Below, piece after piece: positions 12,590 to 26,689 of a stretch of DNA of 64,000 nucleotides; the stretch's first letter is position 1, and every line of letters starts with the position of its first letter. Origin of the DNA: Octopus sinensis. Lineage: Eukaryota. The stretch is from the NCBI RefSeq assembly GCF_006345805.1, contig NC_043001.1, positions 48,670,001-48,734,000 on the forward strand. The letters run 5' to 3'. The position numbers and the translations under genes are program-made. The notes beneath the pieces are model-generated. The model was not told where the DNA came from and ran no database searches. It saw only the letters and a list, made by a program, of their open reading frames with translations.

Positions 12590-13190
12590 GGAGTTTTAAA
12601 CTCAGGTGTGGATTTTTCCTCTCATGAAATAAAAATCTAGCAGGTATAAGCTCCTCTAGTTTGTAGTCCCATTTAGAAACACTTTTTTTTCTTTTGTCAG
12701 CTGGACAGCATAATCAGTAGCAGGATCTGTATTAGCACTGATAGCTTCATCAGTCATTTTTATCTTGTACAAAATCAAGCACTTCTTAAACCTTTCAAAC
12801 CATCCTTTACTAGCCAGAAAAGGTTTTTCATCAAAAGTTTCATTTTCTTTTTTCTTAAAATTCACATGCAAACTTTTGTCTCTTTTTAATTACCATGGTA
12901 CTTATCAGCACATTATGTTGAAGCTGAGCCTTGATCTCAAGTGTTGTTCCATCTGTAGTATCCCATTACAGTATATAATAAGATCTGGAATTACTCTTGA
13001 GCACCTGACTCAATTTTCTCTTGATTGTCACATATTGTTCTCACTGTAGACATTACAAGCTTTATTTTATCAATGTAGCTGATTTCTTTTTTCTCTTGCA
13101 ACAAGCCTTCCTAAAACACCAAGTTTACTATCCAGTATAAGCCTTTTAGGTTAATTTTCACCCTCTAACTTCAGTTAGTGGCTTCTTTCT
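12590..13190 (-). pseudogene. pogo/Tigger-like (CENP-B-type HTH) transposase remnant
   Basis: STVRTICDNQEKIE (HTH psq-like) and FLASKGWFERFKK...KIKMTDEAISANTD (Tc5-type HTH). Confidence 0.7.
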
Positions 13191-15744
13191 AGAATTCTTG
13201 AATTATATAGGTAAATCCAACAGCAGTGTCAATTAACAATTATCCACAACAAAGTAGCACAAAGAGCTGTTTTGTGTGAGCATAAAACATTGTCTTATTC
13301 CTATAGATCCAAGATTGGAAATGAGAAGATGAAAGGGGGAGTGAGGTGGAAGGAAGTACAGCATGATTACAGTTAGTTGAACGGTTACCAGATTCATAGG
13401 TACTTGGCTTGTTGCACTCCTGATTTGGTCATAAAATCTCCACAATCTAATTACACACATGTATATGCACCCCTGTCCTGTTGTGTTAACATACAACATA
13501 TGTTGCTACAGATATTGCTGACATTGTTATTGTTGTTCAAAAGCTGGAGAGTTGGTGCAAGTGGTGGGTGGTATTGTTAGTGGTGGAAGTGTAATATTTT
13601 CCTTGTTTAACATATTATTTAGTCTCAAATCAATCCTAATTGACCTAAGATGAAAATGATTTCAATCAACTTCTAAAATACAATAGGGTTTCACATTATC
13701 TCATGATTGTATTTATTTTAGATTCAGCTGCTTATCTTTTTCATGTTATTGTTGCCTACTGATGGTTACTAAGGAGTTAGTGAGTTGAAAATGGTGGCCA
13801 GTTGTATTGGTTTTGATATTGCTGGTTGTTGTATTGGTATTGATGATAGATAGTGGAGGCTGTAATGGTGGTAGTGAAGGCTGATTTAGATAGATAATCA
13901 AAGAAAATATACACAAACACATTCACAGAGAAAAATTCCACCCCACACTTCTTAAGAGCTTCTAGTGTTGTGTGTACTCATGGACCCATGCATACATGCA
14001 TGCATGCACATGCATAGTATCTTTGTATCATGATTATACTTGGGCTATAGTTTTTCAAATTGTCAATTACTTTATTTTAGCTTAAATGCTGAGTAGGCTC
14101 AGAAGAAAAAGTAGTTTTAAATTCTTAAGATTTATCCATTTCTGTGAAGGTGATATGACAGACCATATCCTAAAATTTATAACCATACTTCATAATTTCT
14201 GTAAGTGTATGTATGTGTATAGAAATACTCAGGTTAGTGTCTGAGGGTGCAGTAAGCCCACTGAGAATGAGGGACCCCTGATCTTTGTGAAGGCATCACT
14301 CTAGGAGAAGGCTAACTCATATATAACCTGCTGATCTATTGAGCTGAATATCTTGTACTTCGCTTGTCTCTGGGCTTCTTGGTATTGCTAGTGAGACTTG
14401 CTGTGGTGTTGTGCAAGCTGCACTTGACTTAAAACTCTTGCATGGGCATAACTGATACTCCTGTCAGAGATGGTCATGTTCATCTAACACGTAGACCACC
14501 ATCATGTATGTGTGTCAATAAATGTGTATGTACACATGTAGGTGTATATGTATACACACACACATACACAAAATAAGAGGAGAGAAGAAATGCTTATTCC
14601 ATTTATTGACAGCTGTTTCATAATCTGTGTCCAGTTAAATTAACCAGTGCACATAAATATACATATAGATGTACGTATATAAATAGAATTTTGTTGAAAC
14701 ATAATGAACAAATTACTCCATCAGAACATATGGCAAGTGTACATCAAAGTTCAGAATGATGATGAAGGTAAACCTTATCCTTAACCACTGCTTTCCTTGA
14801 TAGCAGTGCAACAGACAGAGTTTACTGTGAGCTCTGTTTCATTCTTTTGAATCTCTATTTCTGTCATCATTATCATTGTTTGATATCTGCTCTCCATGCT
14901 AGCATGGATTGGATAGTTTGACATGCAGCTGGCTGGTAGGGAGCTGTCCAAAGTCCAACTGTCTGTTGTGGCATGGTTTCTATGGCTGGATGTCCTTCCT
15001 AATGCTCACCACTTAACAGAGTGCTGGGTGCTTTTTACATGTCAATGCAACACTGGCACAAGTTCTTTTTAAGTGGTGCTGGCCCCTGAAAGGACAAGCC
15101 TGTATGTGTGGAAGACAGCGATTTTACTTAGCTTGACATGCCTTATCAAGTACAGCAAATCACCACATCTCTTGGTCCCATGTCATTTCCTCAGTGAGGC
15201 CCAGCATCCAAAGACCCTTTCTCATCACTTCATTCCATGTCTTCCTGGGTTTGTGTGTCTATGTGTTTGTGTGAATGAATTCAATTTTCACTCACTGGTT
15301 TGTAAACTGTGGCCTTATTAACGATGCTGCTTCCTTGCAATCCACTGTTAAAGCATCTCTGGACTTTTGACATGTCTTGACATGTTACACAATCTTTGTA
15401 AACAAAACAGACTCATTATTATTTATACAGTGGCTTTTGGTTTCAGTTTTGCATATAGATACGTCTGGTTTGCTTGTTGTTTGATAGACTACCTCATTTT
15501 GAAAGAAGTAAGGGTTGGCAACAAGGAGGGCATCTTAACATAGCGACCTCTGCCCCCCATATACTCTCAACTGACCCATGCAAGCTGGAAAAAGTAGCCA
15601 AAAATGTAATGTTGATGTTTTCACCATAACTGGGATATAAAGAAAAAACAAGTAAGGTCAGTCCTGATGTGAATTAATCCATTACTAAGTTTTATACCAT
15701 GTTGTAAACATACATATAACATACTTGCTATCAGAGTACATACG

Positions 15745-15767
15745 TGTGCATGTGTGTGTGTGTACAT

Positions 15768-15812
<45 letters not shown>

Positions 15813-15917
15813 CATATATATATACATATACATATATATATATATTATATATATATATACATATATATCTATCTATATATGTATATATATACACATGTAT
15901 ATATATATACATGTATA

Positions 15918-15950
<33 letters not shown>

Positions 15951-15966
15951 GTATATATATACATGT

Positions 15967-16005
<39 letters not shown>

Positions 16006-16755
16006 TATATGTATATATATATGTATATATATATATGTATATGTATATATATATGTATATGTATATATATATATATGTATATATTATATATGTATATATA
16101 TATATGTATATGTATATATATATATATGTATATATATATATGTATATGTATATATATATGTATATATATACATATGTATATATATATATACATGTATATA
16201 TATATACATATATATATCTAAATATGTATATATATACATGTATATATATAACATATATATATATCTAAATATGTATATATATATATATGTATATATATAT
16301 ATACATATATATATATCTAAATATGTATATATATATATATAGTATATATATATATACATATATATATATCTAAATATGTATATATATACATGTATATATA
16401 TATACATATATATATATCTAAATATGTATATATATACATGTATATATATATAATATATATATCTAAATATGTATATATATACATGTATATATATATACAT
16501 ATATATATCTAAATATGTATATATATACATGTATATATATATATACATATATATCTATATATGTATATATATATACATGTATATTATATATATACATATA
16601 TATATCTAAATATGTATATATATACATGTATATATATACATATATATATCTAAATATGTATATATATACATGTATATATATATACATACATATATATATC
16701 TATATATGTATATATATACATGTATATACATATATATATCTATATATGTATATTT

Positions 16756-16808
<53 letters not shown>

Positions 16809-16870
16809 CATATATCTATCTATCTATATATATGTACATGTATACACACACACACACACATACATATATA
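15745..16870. repeat. About 1.1-kb (TA)-based microsatellite with a higher-order unit
   Basis: Nine copies of ctaaatatgta embedded in a ~45-55 bp unit between 16200 and 16660. Confidence 0.9.
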
Positions 16871-17793
16871 ATACAAATGGTGTTTAATCTGTTATAAATT
16901 AAAAGAAAACTCGATAAGCAGGAAGAACAGGTTTTTCTTTCTTGGATTGTATAATCTGCTATTGATCAAAGATTATCAATATAAAAAAAAAGCAAAAAAA
17001 ATTAAAACAAAAACAACTACTCAAACTATATCAATAAAAAGTAGTCTTTTTTTCTTTTTAGTTTTATTTGACTTTGATTATATTTTAAAGTTCTGTTTAT
17101 AATTTCTGCCTCCAAGTCTTTTGAAATTTTTGCTTTTCAATACATTACTTTTGAGACTTTTTATTATTAAATCACACAGGGAAAAACGTTGCTGTAGGTC
17201 TCTTACTGTCTCTTTTCTCTTTCTTTCTTGTTTGTGGTGTTGCTGGAGGAGGGCATTGCTATTATTATGCAAACAGTTTTATTGCTTCTTGGGATTACAC
17301 AGTCACACAGATGCAAGCCACATTTACATACAAAGACAGCTAAACACATGTATGTACATGCAAATACAGATCTAATAGTTGAGTGTATTCATTCATTCAA
17401 AAGCTAATGATTCAACTCATAGTAACTACAAGTTTCTCGCTTGTATGCATTCATTCGTATAACAAACAGATACAAGAATACAGATAACAAATGGACAGAG
17501 ACAAGTAAGAAACTCAGAGTATCACAAACTAAACCATTGGCTTTGGCTATCTCTCTCTCTGTCTGTCTACTTTCACAATCACCATCATTTTAATATCCGC
17601 TTTTACTTGCATACATGGGGCACATGGAGTTTACTGAGGCAGATATTTGTACAGCTGAATGTCCTTCCTGTTTCCAGGCAAGGTAACATTTTCCCATGGC
17701 CTGACATGTTTTCACAAAATTTTAAAAACAAATGACACAACAATCTGAAAGGGTCAAGGAAACACAAATACACACACTTTCTTCCTTCTCTCA

Positions 17794-17826
<33 letters not shown>

Positions 17827-19407
17827 ACAATAAGTGGAAACTTGCAACTGGCTGAGCAGACAGCTGGAGAAATCTTCAGTGTTTTAGTCTGTTTGCTACT
17901 GACACTCATAAGGAGATAGGCCCACCTAGGCAGGGACTCCTAGCTGTCCTTCGGCTGTTATGTAAATGCTGCCTTTAAAGGGGATTGAACTCATAACCTT
18001 ACCGCTTGACCACAAGAACTGCTGCACGAACCTGCCCAGTTTCAAACTGGGTTTCCTTTCCTCTGTGTTTAGTGGCTTGCTTTATAATATTTCAATTCTA
18101 GCCGTGATTTCTGTATGCCCATAACAATATTAAGCTCTTCTTAGCTCCCACCTCTGTCTGTCTCTCCCCCCCCCCTCACTCTCTGACTACGAAATCTACT
18201 CACAAGTCTTTGATCAGCCCAGAGCTATAGTAGCAGACATTTGCCCAAGGAGCTACACACATGAAACCATGTGATTGGGAAGCAAACTTCTTAACCACAG
18301 AGCCACTTCTGCACCCAGTAATATATTGGTTGTAAAATATATACAAATATAAATTTAACATGATGCAAGTATTTTCTGTTGGACACATCTGTAAAACAGT
18401 GAAAATCTACAGTTGCAAGTTTATTTCATAATTTGATTGTGAATCAAATTATAGCCTGAGGAAGTGAATGAACTGTAAATTTATTACATAAATTGTGCAA
18501 CTTAGTATGTAATTTGGTTACCAAAACATACATAACATTAGTTTGATTTATCTTTTCCTCAATTAAAATTATTGTTATTTCACTCTGTGAGGGTTATTTT
18601 GATATACATGCCTTGGATTGGTGAAGTGCTCCTTTAATAACTAATCTAAATATAATTAATCATTCTTTGGTTAATCAAAAGTTGGTATATGAACAACAAG
18701 CAGGTGTATTAGTTTGATGCTTGGGAAAGTGTAAAAGTCTTTTACATTTCGAGCCTATGCTCTTTAACAGAAAGGAATATGAGGAGATAAACAGAGACAG
18801 AATAAAGACACTATATATATATGTATAATGAGCAGGTTTACGAAAATAAACAAAAGACGAAGGCAGGTGGAGTACAAACAAGCAATGTATTAGTATGGCA
18901 CTCAGGAATAGAAATAAAACATATATATATATACGTTTAAATATTTGTTGTGCAAAATTTATTGGCTAAACTGGCAATATGACCATTCCGAAATATAACA
19001 ATATATATATATATATATAAAATAATGATGATCATTGGTTTAATGTTCATTTTTCCATACTTGCCTAGTCAGATGGAATTTTGTTGAGGCAGATCCAACC
19101 CACACCTGTTTCTTGGCAAGGTACTATTTCCCCATGACCAGACATCATGTAGTGTCAAGGCAAGGAAACAGTAACACACACACACAGGGATGCAAGCATA
19201 CACGAATACACAACAGGTTTCTTTCAGTTTTCACCTACCAAATCCACTCACAGTGGGGCAGAACATGAAACCATAGGGTTTGGAAGCAAGCTTCTAACCA
19301 CAGACATGCCTGTGTGTGTGTTGTGAATATAATAGGCCGAACTGCTCATATTTTTGACCTCATGTTAATATCTAGCGTGCAGTTTGACAAATTATATTTT
19401 ATGACGT

Positions 19408-19484
19408 ACCTCACTGATGATCTGAGGATTAATTATGTAAGTAAAATTGCATAATTTATTAACAGTGAAACAATTGTATGGGGT
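19408..19484 (+). ncRNA. Type I hammerhead ribozyme relic
   Basis: Stem I ACCTCA/TGGGGT; CTGATGA (19414-19420); extended stem II (CTG/CAG plus AT-rich helix) with a mismatched closing pair; GAAA; palindromic stem III ACAATTGT; triplet GTA. Confidence 0.6.
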
Positions 19485-20703
19485 TAATCTATATTTTTGT
19501 TATTTTTCATTTGTCCTGCTCGCTTACGTTCATAGTGTGCTAAATTTTTCTTGAGAACAATTCTTAGTGGTTGAGACCCTTGCGGATCTATCTCTAGCGT
19601 AAGAGCGTCCACATAGTGGATTCTCTCTCATATTTGTATATATATATATATATATATATCTGTGTGTGCATATATCTATCTACACATGCATACACATGTT
19701 TGTGCTCAGTCTTTTACATGCATATGCACATGTTTCTGTCTCTTTCTCTCTCTCTCTCTCGTTCCCCCCTCATCTCTTTCCTACACATATACAGTTAAGT
19801 TTTGAAACCGATAGAGTTATATTTCAGTTTGTGTTTGTGTGATAACCATTATTACAAACCCATATGTAGATGTATCTTGGAACTAGCTTTGCTTGACTGA
19901 CTGTGATAGGCAGTGGGCTGAACTACTTCTGTGTTAAAACAAACAATCATCATCATCACCATCATCATCATTTTTATGTTAGCTTTATCCATACTGGTAT
20001 GAATTAGACAAGATTTCTTGAAGCAGCATTATACAGTTAGATCCACTTCCTGATGGCCAGCTTTTATTTGCTTTTGATTAAGGTACTTTATGTTGTGGGT
20101 CTTAGCATGCCAAACTACTGCCAAGCTGTTGGTTGATGCACTGTTTATACTTTTAATATGGTACATGTTTATTATTACAAGTAAAAAGTTTCCAGACATT
20201 CTGATTAACAATCAGCAAACTGAAAATTCAAAATCATTATCAACCTTTTTCTTGTAAAAAGGAATAAGTGTGTGTGTGTGTGTGTGTGTGTTTATATGTA
20301 TTTGTGCATATGTGTATATATGTATACGTGTGTGTGTGTGTATGCTAGTATTGAACAGTGAGAATGAAGGCGCAACACTACACTTGGTGGATAAATATTC
20401 TTTGCATGTGGATTAACTATGCTACCAATGGTTTCATGTAGAAAATGATTTCCACAATTTTCAAGTAATTCCTTTGGGAATGGTACTAATTGTATCCATT
20501 TTAGATGAGAAACTTTTTATGTATATATATGTGTGTGTGTGTCACTATTAGTGACAGTTGAATTTTTCCTTTTTAGTTTTATATTGCATCTAACCACCTT
20601 CATTATTTTATATTTTGATATATATATATATATATATATATGATATACACACATGTGCATGCATGCACACACATTGTTTACTTACAGTTTCTTTCTATTT
20701 CAG

Positions 20704-20854
20704 ATTTGACAGAAGCCAAGAAGCGTTTCAGAAATAATTATACTCTTCCCTAACTGTGTTCCTTATTGCTGATAAGAGTTGCTGGATTATTCTAAACTCT
20801 GGAAACAAGCTGACCCCTTTGTTCCTTACAATTGTAACTGTAGGAAAATGTCAT
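20704..20854 (+). other. Candidate non-coding or UTR exon (151 nt) of an unidentified host transcript
   Basis: Branch-like CTTAC, pyrimidine tract tttctttctattt, CAG acceptor, donor CAT|GTAAGT; stops in all three frames; ATG 7 nt before the donor. Confidence 0.35.
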
Positions 20855-21967
20855 GTAAGTATGGCACTGTAAGGGTTTACATGGGACTTCGATGTCGGAT
20901 GGGAAAGGGAAAAAAAAAGCGAGATCAAGTTATGTACTTTTTATTTTATTTTATGTAAGTGGTTTGTATGGGTTTGATAGTGAAAAAAAGAGAGAATGAA
21001 TGTGTTTGGGATGTTATTTATACCGAGATTGACCAGATCTATGAAGGCATTCCAGCAATGGCCATTTTGCCTTTTTTAGGAATGTGTTTCTGACTGCATT
21101 ATTCAATGTATCCTTTCTTTGTTCAAGCCAGTAAGTCACAATGTCAGGGATATTTGGCTACTATTTCTAGTAGGTTTAGTGATCACATAGAAGTTCCTCC
21201 ACTACCTCATGTGTGTGATGGTGGTGGTGGTGGTGGTGGTGGTGGGGGGGGGTTCTTATGGGTGTGATGGTGTTTGGCTGCATATGGAGGGGCGAGAGAA
21301 TGTGTGTGATAGAGAAAGGTAGAGATCATGTGTCTGTTTGCAGTTGTGTGTTTGTGTGAGGAAGAGAAAGATGGACAAAGGCGGAAAATGTGTGTTGATT
21401 GAGCTGTTTTTGTGTGCGGCTTTATGTTTTCATGCATGTGACAATAGCTGTATAAGCACGTGTGTCTGTGTTGATGCATGAAAGATAAAGGGACTATGTG
21501 TGTGTGTATGTTTTTGTGGGAAGTATTTCTGCATTTGTTTGTGTAAGTGTGTGAGAGAGAGAAAGAGAAAGTGAAAAATGAATATTTTGTTTATGGGTAT
21601 GTAGAAATGTATACATGCATGAGAGGAAATGTTTTGTGTGCATATGGAGTGTGTGTTTGTATAGGTATCTGTATGCAGCCATGTATATCTAGGTATTCAG
21701 AAATGTTAAAGTAGGTATGTGTTTCATTTGTTGTGACATGACATGTGTAACATCATAATTATATCATCAATCATGCACCTATCACAGGCCTTCTCTGTCA
21801 GAACTAACCTAGTTCTAATTATAGAACAATGACACAATTTGTTTTTCCTCTAGCTTCAGGTTTTTAGCATGGGTTTAATTACAGTTGATGGTTAGTACCA
21901 GAAATTGACAAAAATATATAAATTATCAAATGTAGTGATACTGTATATTGGCTGTATATACCTTTAA

Positions 21968-22187
21968 CCCTTTAGTGTTCAGATTACTCTGTTAAATGTA
22001 ATACTTATTTATTCACATTGTTTTGAATTAATCATGCATTATCTTGTAGCTTTGAGATCTCAATAATGTGATTGTTTATTTTTAGAATGTCAATGTAGGT
22101 TAGGTGTGAGAGGCCAGATCTAGCCAGTTTGAATATAAAACATATCGAATATTTGGGCCAGATATGGCCGGTTTAAACACTAAAGGG
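21968..22187. mobile_element. 220-bp TTAA-type MITE
   Basis: TTAA|CCCTTTAGTGTT...AACACTAAAGGG|TTAA, TIRs plus TTAA TSD. Confidence 0.9.
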
Positions 22188-22191
22188 TTAA

Positions 22192-22407
22192 CCTTTTAGC
22201 ATTCGTATTCTGTTAAATTCAATGCTTTTTCATTTGCATTGTTTTTTGTTAATCATGCATTATTTTGTAGCTTTGAAATGTTGATGATAAAATAGTATAG
22301 TTTTAGAATGGCAATGAAGGGTAGGTGTGATAGGTTGGAGCTGCCTGTTTGAACATAAAAAGGGAGAATATTTTGGGCCGGATATGGCCGGTTTAAATGC
22401 TAAAGAG
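22192..22407. mobile_element. 216-bp TTAA-type MITE in tandem with the previous copy
   Basis: Shares TTAA 22188-22191; CCTTTTAGCATT...AATGCTAAAGAG|TTAC. Confidence 0.85.
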
Positions 22408-23448
22408 TTACACCTATAGGCTGCATGTGGCCTATAGGACTTTCTGAATGGTACACCCATGACAAATTACATGAAATTGTTTTTAGTAGTGCAACCCACC
22501 TGATAACAAGCCATGTCTCATGTTCCCCCACTTCTTGATAAAGGTTGCCCATGCCTGCTGTACACAGCAGATTGAGATGCTGTATTGCGTGAGGATCCCT
22601 GTAACAGGGTAATAATAGTCACTGTCTATATTTCCTAATATGATGCATGCTGGGAAATGCACTCTACCAATTGAATATTTTTTTTTATTTATTACTCAAA
22701 GAAGAAAGAGTAATATTCTTGATGACTTTTGTAGGTCTTCCCTGGCAGTGTAATTATTATTTTCATTATTATCTTTTTTTAATGTTTAGTCAAGGAGGGA
22801 GGGAATAGTACTTGGGACCTTTTTATTTTTTCATGGCCCCCAAAACTGGTGTGAGGAATCAAGGCATTTATCCTGAAACTGGAAACTGAGCCTACCACCC
22901 AAGAATTCAGAACACAAAGATCTGAAATAAATACAGCAAGGCATCTTACCCAATGCTCTTGAAACTCTGCAATTCAACCTCCTCTGAATGGTTGCTTATT
23001 TTTGAGACCTTGAAATTATGAAAGATAAAGCTGAACTTACTGGATTTGAACTCACAGTGCCAAGAACCTGAACATATAGCACAAGGCATTTTATCTTGTA
23101 CTCTAGCAGCACTGTCAATTTACCACCGCCTGTTGAGTTTGATGGTTAGTTTGAACACCTATAAGTCAATCACTGGTAGAGAATCATAGGTAGAAAGGTC
23201 ATTGGAGAGGAATGTTTATGAAAGTAGTTTTGTTGTAGGAAACTGTTGTGAAAATGCTCAGTGAGGATGATAAAAGGAGGGGAGACAGGTTTGTTCAGTA
23301 GGCAGACTTGAATGGAGATAACATGTAAATTATTATTTTAAGGGAGCAGAAGCAAAGAAGAACATTATACATATATATGTTACAGAAGTTGTGGAATGTT
23401 GGTGGTTGAATTTTTGGTAATCATTTAAATGGTTTTTGGGTGAGAAAA

Positions 23449-23679
23449 GGCGGCGAGCTGGCAGAAACGTTAGCGCGCCGGGCGAAATGCTTAGCGGTAT
23501 TTCGCCTGTCGTTACGTTGTGAGTTCAAATTCCGCCGAGGTCAACTTTGCCTTTCATCCTTTCGGGGTCGATAAATTAAGCACCAGTTACGCACTGGGGT
23601 CGATGTAATCGACTTAATACCTATGTCTGTCCTTGTTTGTCCCCTCTATGTTTAGCCCCTTGTGGGTAATAAAGAAATA
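23449..23679 (+). mobile_element. Full-length SINE family B (tRNA-like head; core resembles the Meta/MESC-type conserved SINE domain)
   Basis: Head ggcggcgagctggcagaaacgttagc, B box gagttcaaattcc, core gcctttcatcctttcggggtcgataaa; 15-bp TSD GGTTTTTGGGTGAGA (23431-23445 / 23680-23694). Domain name is from memory and unverified. Confidence 0.9.
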
Positions 23680-24129
23680 GGTTTTTGGGTGAGATTTAGC
23701 ATTTTTTTAATTTGTAGTATGTATAACAACAACAGTACTGTCTTAAATATGTGAACATTTAATTTTTATTGTGGGTTTGACAAGCTTTTCAGTGTGCCAG
23801 TAACTGATCAAGGACAAAATATTTTTGTAATTTGAAAAGGATTTCTAATCTTTGGGGTGCAATTATGTCATATATAATGTGGGCTTGCTATGGGAAATTA
23901 CCAGACAGTGTACATCTAGCTTTCATTACCACACCCCTAAATGCTTATGTTGTATTTTGTTCTCTCTCTCTCTCTCTCTCTCAAATACATGGGGACATTG
24001 TTTGGTTTTTAACATTTTTTTTTAAAAATGCATGCAATCTGTATTATGTAGCATTAAAACTGTTATGTAATTCTGCCTTGCACCTCGTCTTTAAGTACAC
24101 CTTGTGATGTGAGATCATTTACCATATTA

Positions 24130-24180
<51 letters not shown>

Positions 24181-24842
24181 GAGTTTCTGCACAATTTCAG
24201 CCTACCAAATTCACTCACAAGCCATTAACCCTTTCATTACTATATTTCTAACCAAAACACACCCTTTATGAGTTTCAATTAAATTATAAAATGATCATGA
24301 ATTTAGACTAGTTTCATTAAACAACTGTAACTTTCTTACTTATCAACATATCAATGTGACTTTTGGAACACAATTGAAGAAAAGGTTCTTAATCAATTCT
24401 ATTGCCTAACTTTTGTCTCAAAGCGACTCTAATTACAGGTAAACTCAGCAAAATATAAAAATATTTAAATTTTGTTTAAACATCACCATAGAAAATGAGT
24501 TATCAGCTAATATTTAATTGAGGTATGCAACAAAATTTTGATATAGAAGAATTGTGCACATCACTAGATTATCAGTTGAATTTAATGCTCATAAGAACAG
24601 ATAAATGAAATACTGAAATTTGTTTTTGAAGAAAACTAGAAAATTAAATGCATTAACTAAATAAATTTACACACATAAATGAAAACATAAGAACATATAT
24701 AATAAAGATTTACAATAGAAGAAATTAAATCAAAACTTGTCACTCACCTTACAAGCAAATTAAAATTACAGGTGAATAAAAAGTAAAACCAAGATGAATT
24801 TGGAAAATATTCATGCAATCTAATCATAAATATATACAATAT

Positions 24843-26689
24843 TCACACAATATTTCTGTTATGGAAACTTGTAAAACATCCAACTCTACATACTGCAACC
24901 TTGCAGAATGCACATTGAAAAGAAGTTTCAACAGTCCGTCCTCTAGGAGTTTTTCTTTGTTGATGTAGACCAGTGGTTTTCAACCAGGGTTCCGCCAGTA
25001 CATTCCAGGGGTTCCGCAAGAAGTTACAAAAATGCTAAAATCGACAGTAATTTTTAATTCTCCTGTGCAGATATGTGTGCATAAGACTATTAAATTATTG
25101 CACAGGGGTTCCTCGAGCCAGTGGAATGTTTCCTTGGGGTTCTGCTCCGGGAAAAAGTTGAAAAGCACTGACATAGACATTCACAGCACTGCCTTTTGTA
25201 ACTCTCAATTTTTAAAAAAATTATGGAGATCAGCTGAACTCAAATGGATATCTCTCTGGCAGGTTTTGCTTTTCCTTCCTACAGTTATTTTTTTGTAGGA
25301 ATAACTTACCCTCAAATACGTTACTACATCTGCTTGGAACTGTATATGGTTGCACTGCTTGAAGCCCCTCATTTGGTAAATAATATAAATGCATTTACAA
25401 TGTTCATGTTTACTATATACCAAACCAGGTATCACCACCATTTTTTACCCGGTCTACCAACTGGATAATAAACTCATCATTTGGTTCAGCTGATCTACAC
25501 CACCCATGTACCTGTTATAACCAAGGTTCACAAACGGGATGCCATTTTCATCTACACACGGTTGTGCACCGGTAGATAGAAAATTTATCTGCCCCTTATC
25601 TCTGCCATTGGATTATTTCACCTCTTTTTTAAAAATTTTTTTATTTTATGTCTAACGGCAGCCCTTTTCTATTAGCAATTGCTGTAGCACACATATATGT
25701 TGCCACAGCTTCTAAATCCACTGCAAGTTTGACCGAACTAAAAAAATCGGTCAAAAAATATTATATGGCCCTAGTTATAGTATGGAAGTGATAAATTCCA
25801 GACCACATTGTACTCTAGGCCATGCTAACTAACATTATTGCCTCTTTTCCCAGTATAAAAACTAAACCCACAGCAGTACCCAGTATTTGCTTCACACATT
25901 TTCCAAACTTTGATCCCCCCACTTCGTGAGCTTTCCTGGCATATATTGTCGGAAGTGTAGCCTTCCTTCATACCCTACCATGCCCTCATCGACGGATAGG
26001 TATTTATCAGGGTTGTAGAGTGTTTTATATGCATTTTGAATGCAGTTGATGAAGGGTCCTATTTTAAATAAGGGATAACAGTTTAGTTCTCCACTTACTG
26101 GAGTACTGCAAGTGTCTCTCATATGTAAATACTGGTTTAATTTCGCAAATCGTGTCCTTGGCATAATACTGGAAATATACTGATCTCCAAAAGGTACCTG
26201 ATTGCTCCAGTAATTTGTAATTCTCTTATACCCATAATATTTATGGCCAAAATGCCTGTATTTCTTCTATGCTTGTGGGAAATCACAAGCTATCTTTTTT
26301 CCCAGTTTGTTTACATTCTGCATAACGGTCTGTTTCCACAGTGATTGCTTCAAACAAGCTTACTGGAAAAAATAAGAAAAAAATGTCTAATAGTTTCGCT
26401 TCCTGAGAAAGACTATGAGTAAATCCAGTGTCCTCAGAAAAATAGTTGATAAAATTATTTTTAACTTCATACTCCATTCAAGTGTAAAATTGTCCTCGCT
26501 GTTGCTATCGCCACTTTCAATTTCTTAAGAATCGCTGCTTTCAGATTCAAATACAGAAATATCCAATTCATTTTCATACACCACGTGCATTTATTGTTCA
26601 CTCATTCTTTTGCTCGATTTCTCCATATCTTCTGTTGAAAAGTCCTCAAATTCAGAATCACTGCTTGATAACATGAATCTCCTATCCAT
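24843..26689 (-). pseudogene. piggyBac (PGBD-like, DDE_Tnp_1_7) transposase pseudogene
   Basis: Acidic N-terminus; LLDIFFLFF..ETDRYAE; MPRTRF; YLSVDEGMV..GRLHFRQYMPGK.TKWG; IFFDRFFSSV; YNRYMGGVD; C-terminal Cys-rich QCAFCKVAVCRVGCF; multiple stops and frameshifts. Confidence 0.9.
24971..25170 (+). mobile_element. 200-bp hAT (Charlie-like) MITE nested in the piggyBac
   Basis: TIRs CAGTGGTTTTCAAC / GTTGAAAAGCACTG; 8-bp TSD ATGTAGAC / ACATAGAC. Confidence 0.9.

Noticed and set aside
14700-14790. Short ORF with a possible GAAG|GTAAAC donor
   Set aside because: No convincing acceptor, weak donor, no recognisable protein
18456-18500. CTGAGGA-AGT..ACT-GTAAA hammerhead-like string
   Set aside because: GAAA core absent and no stem I pairing
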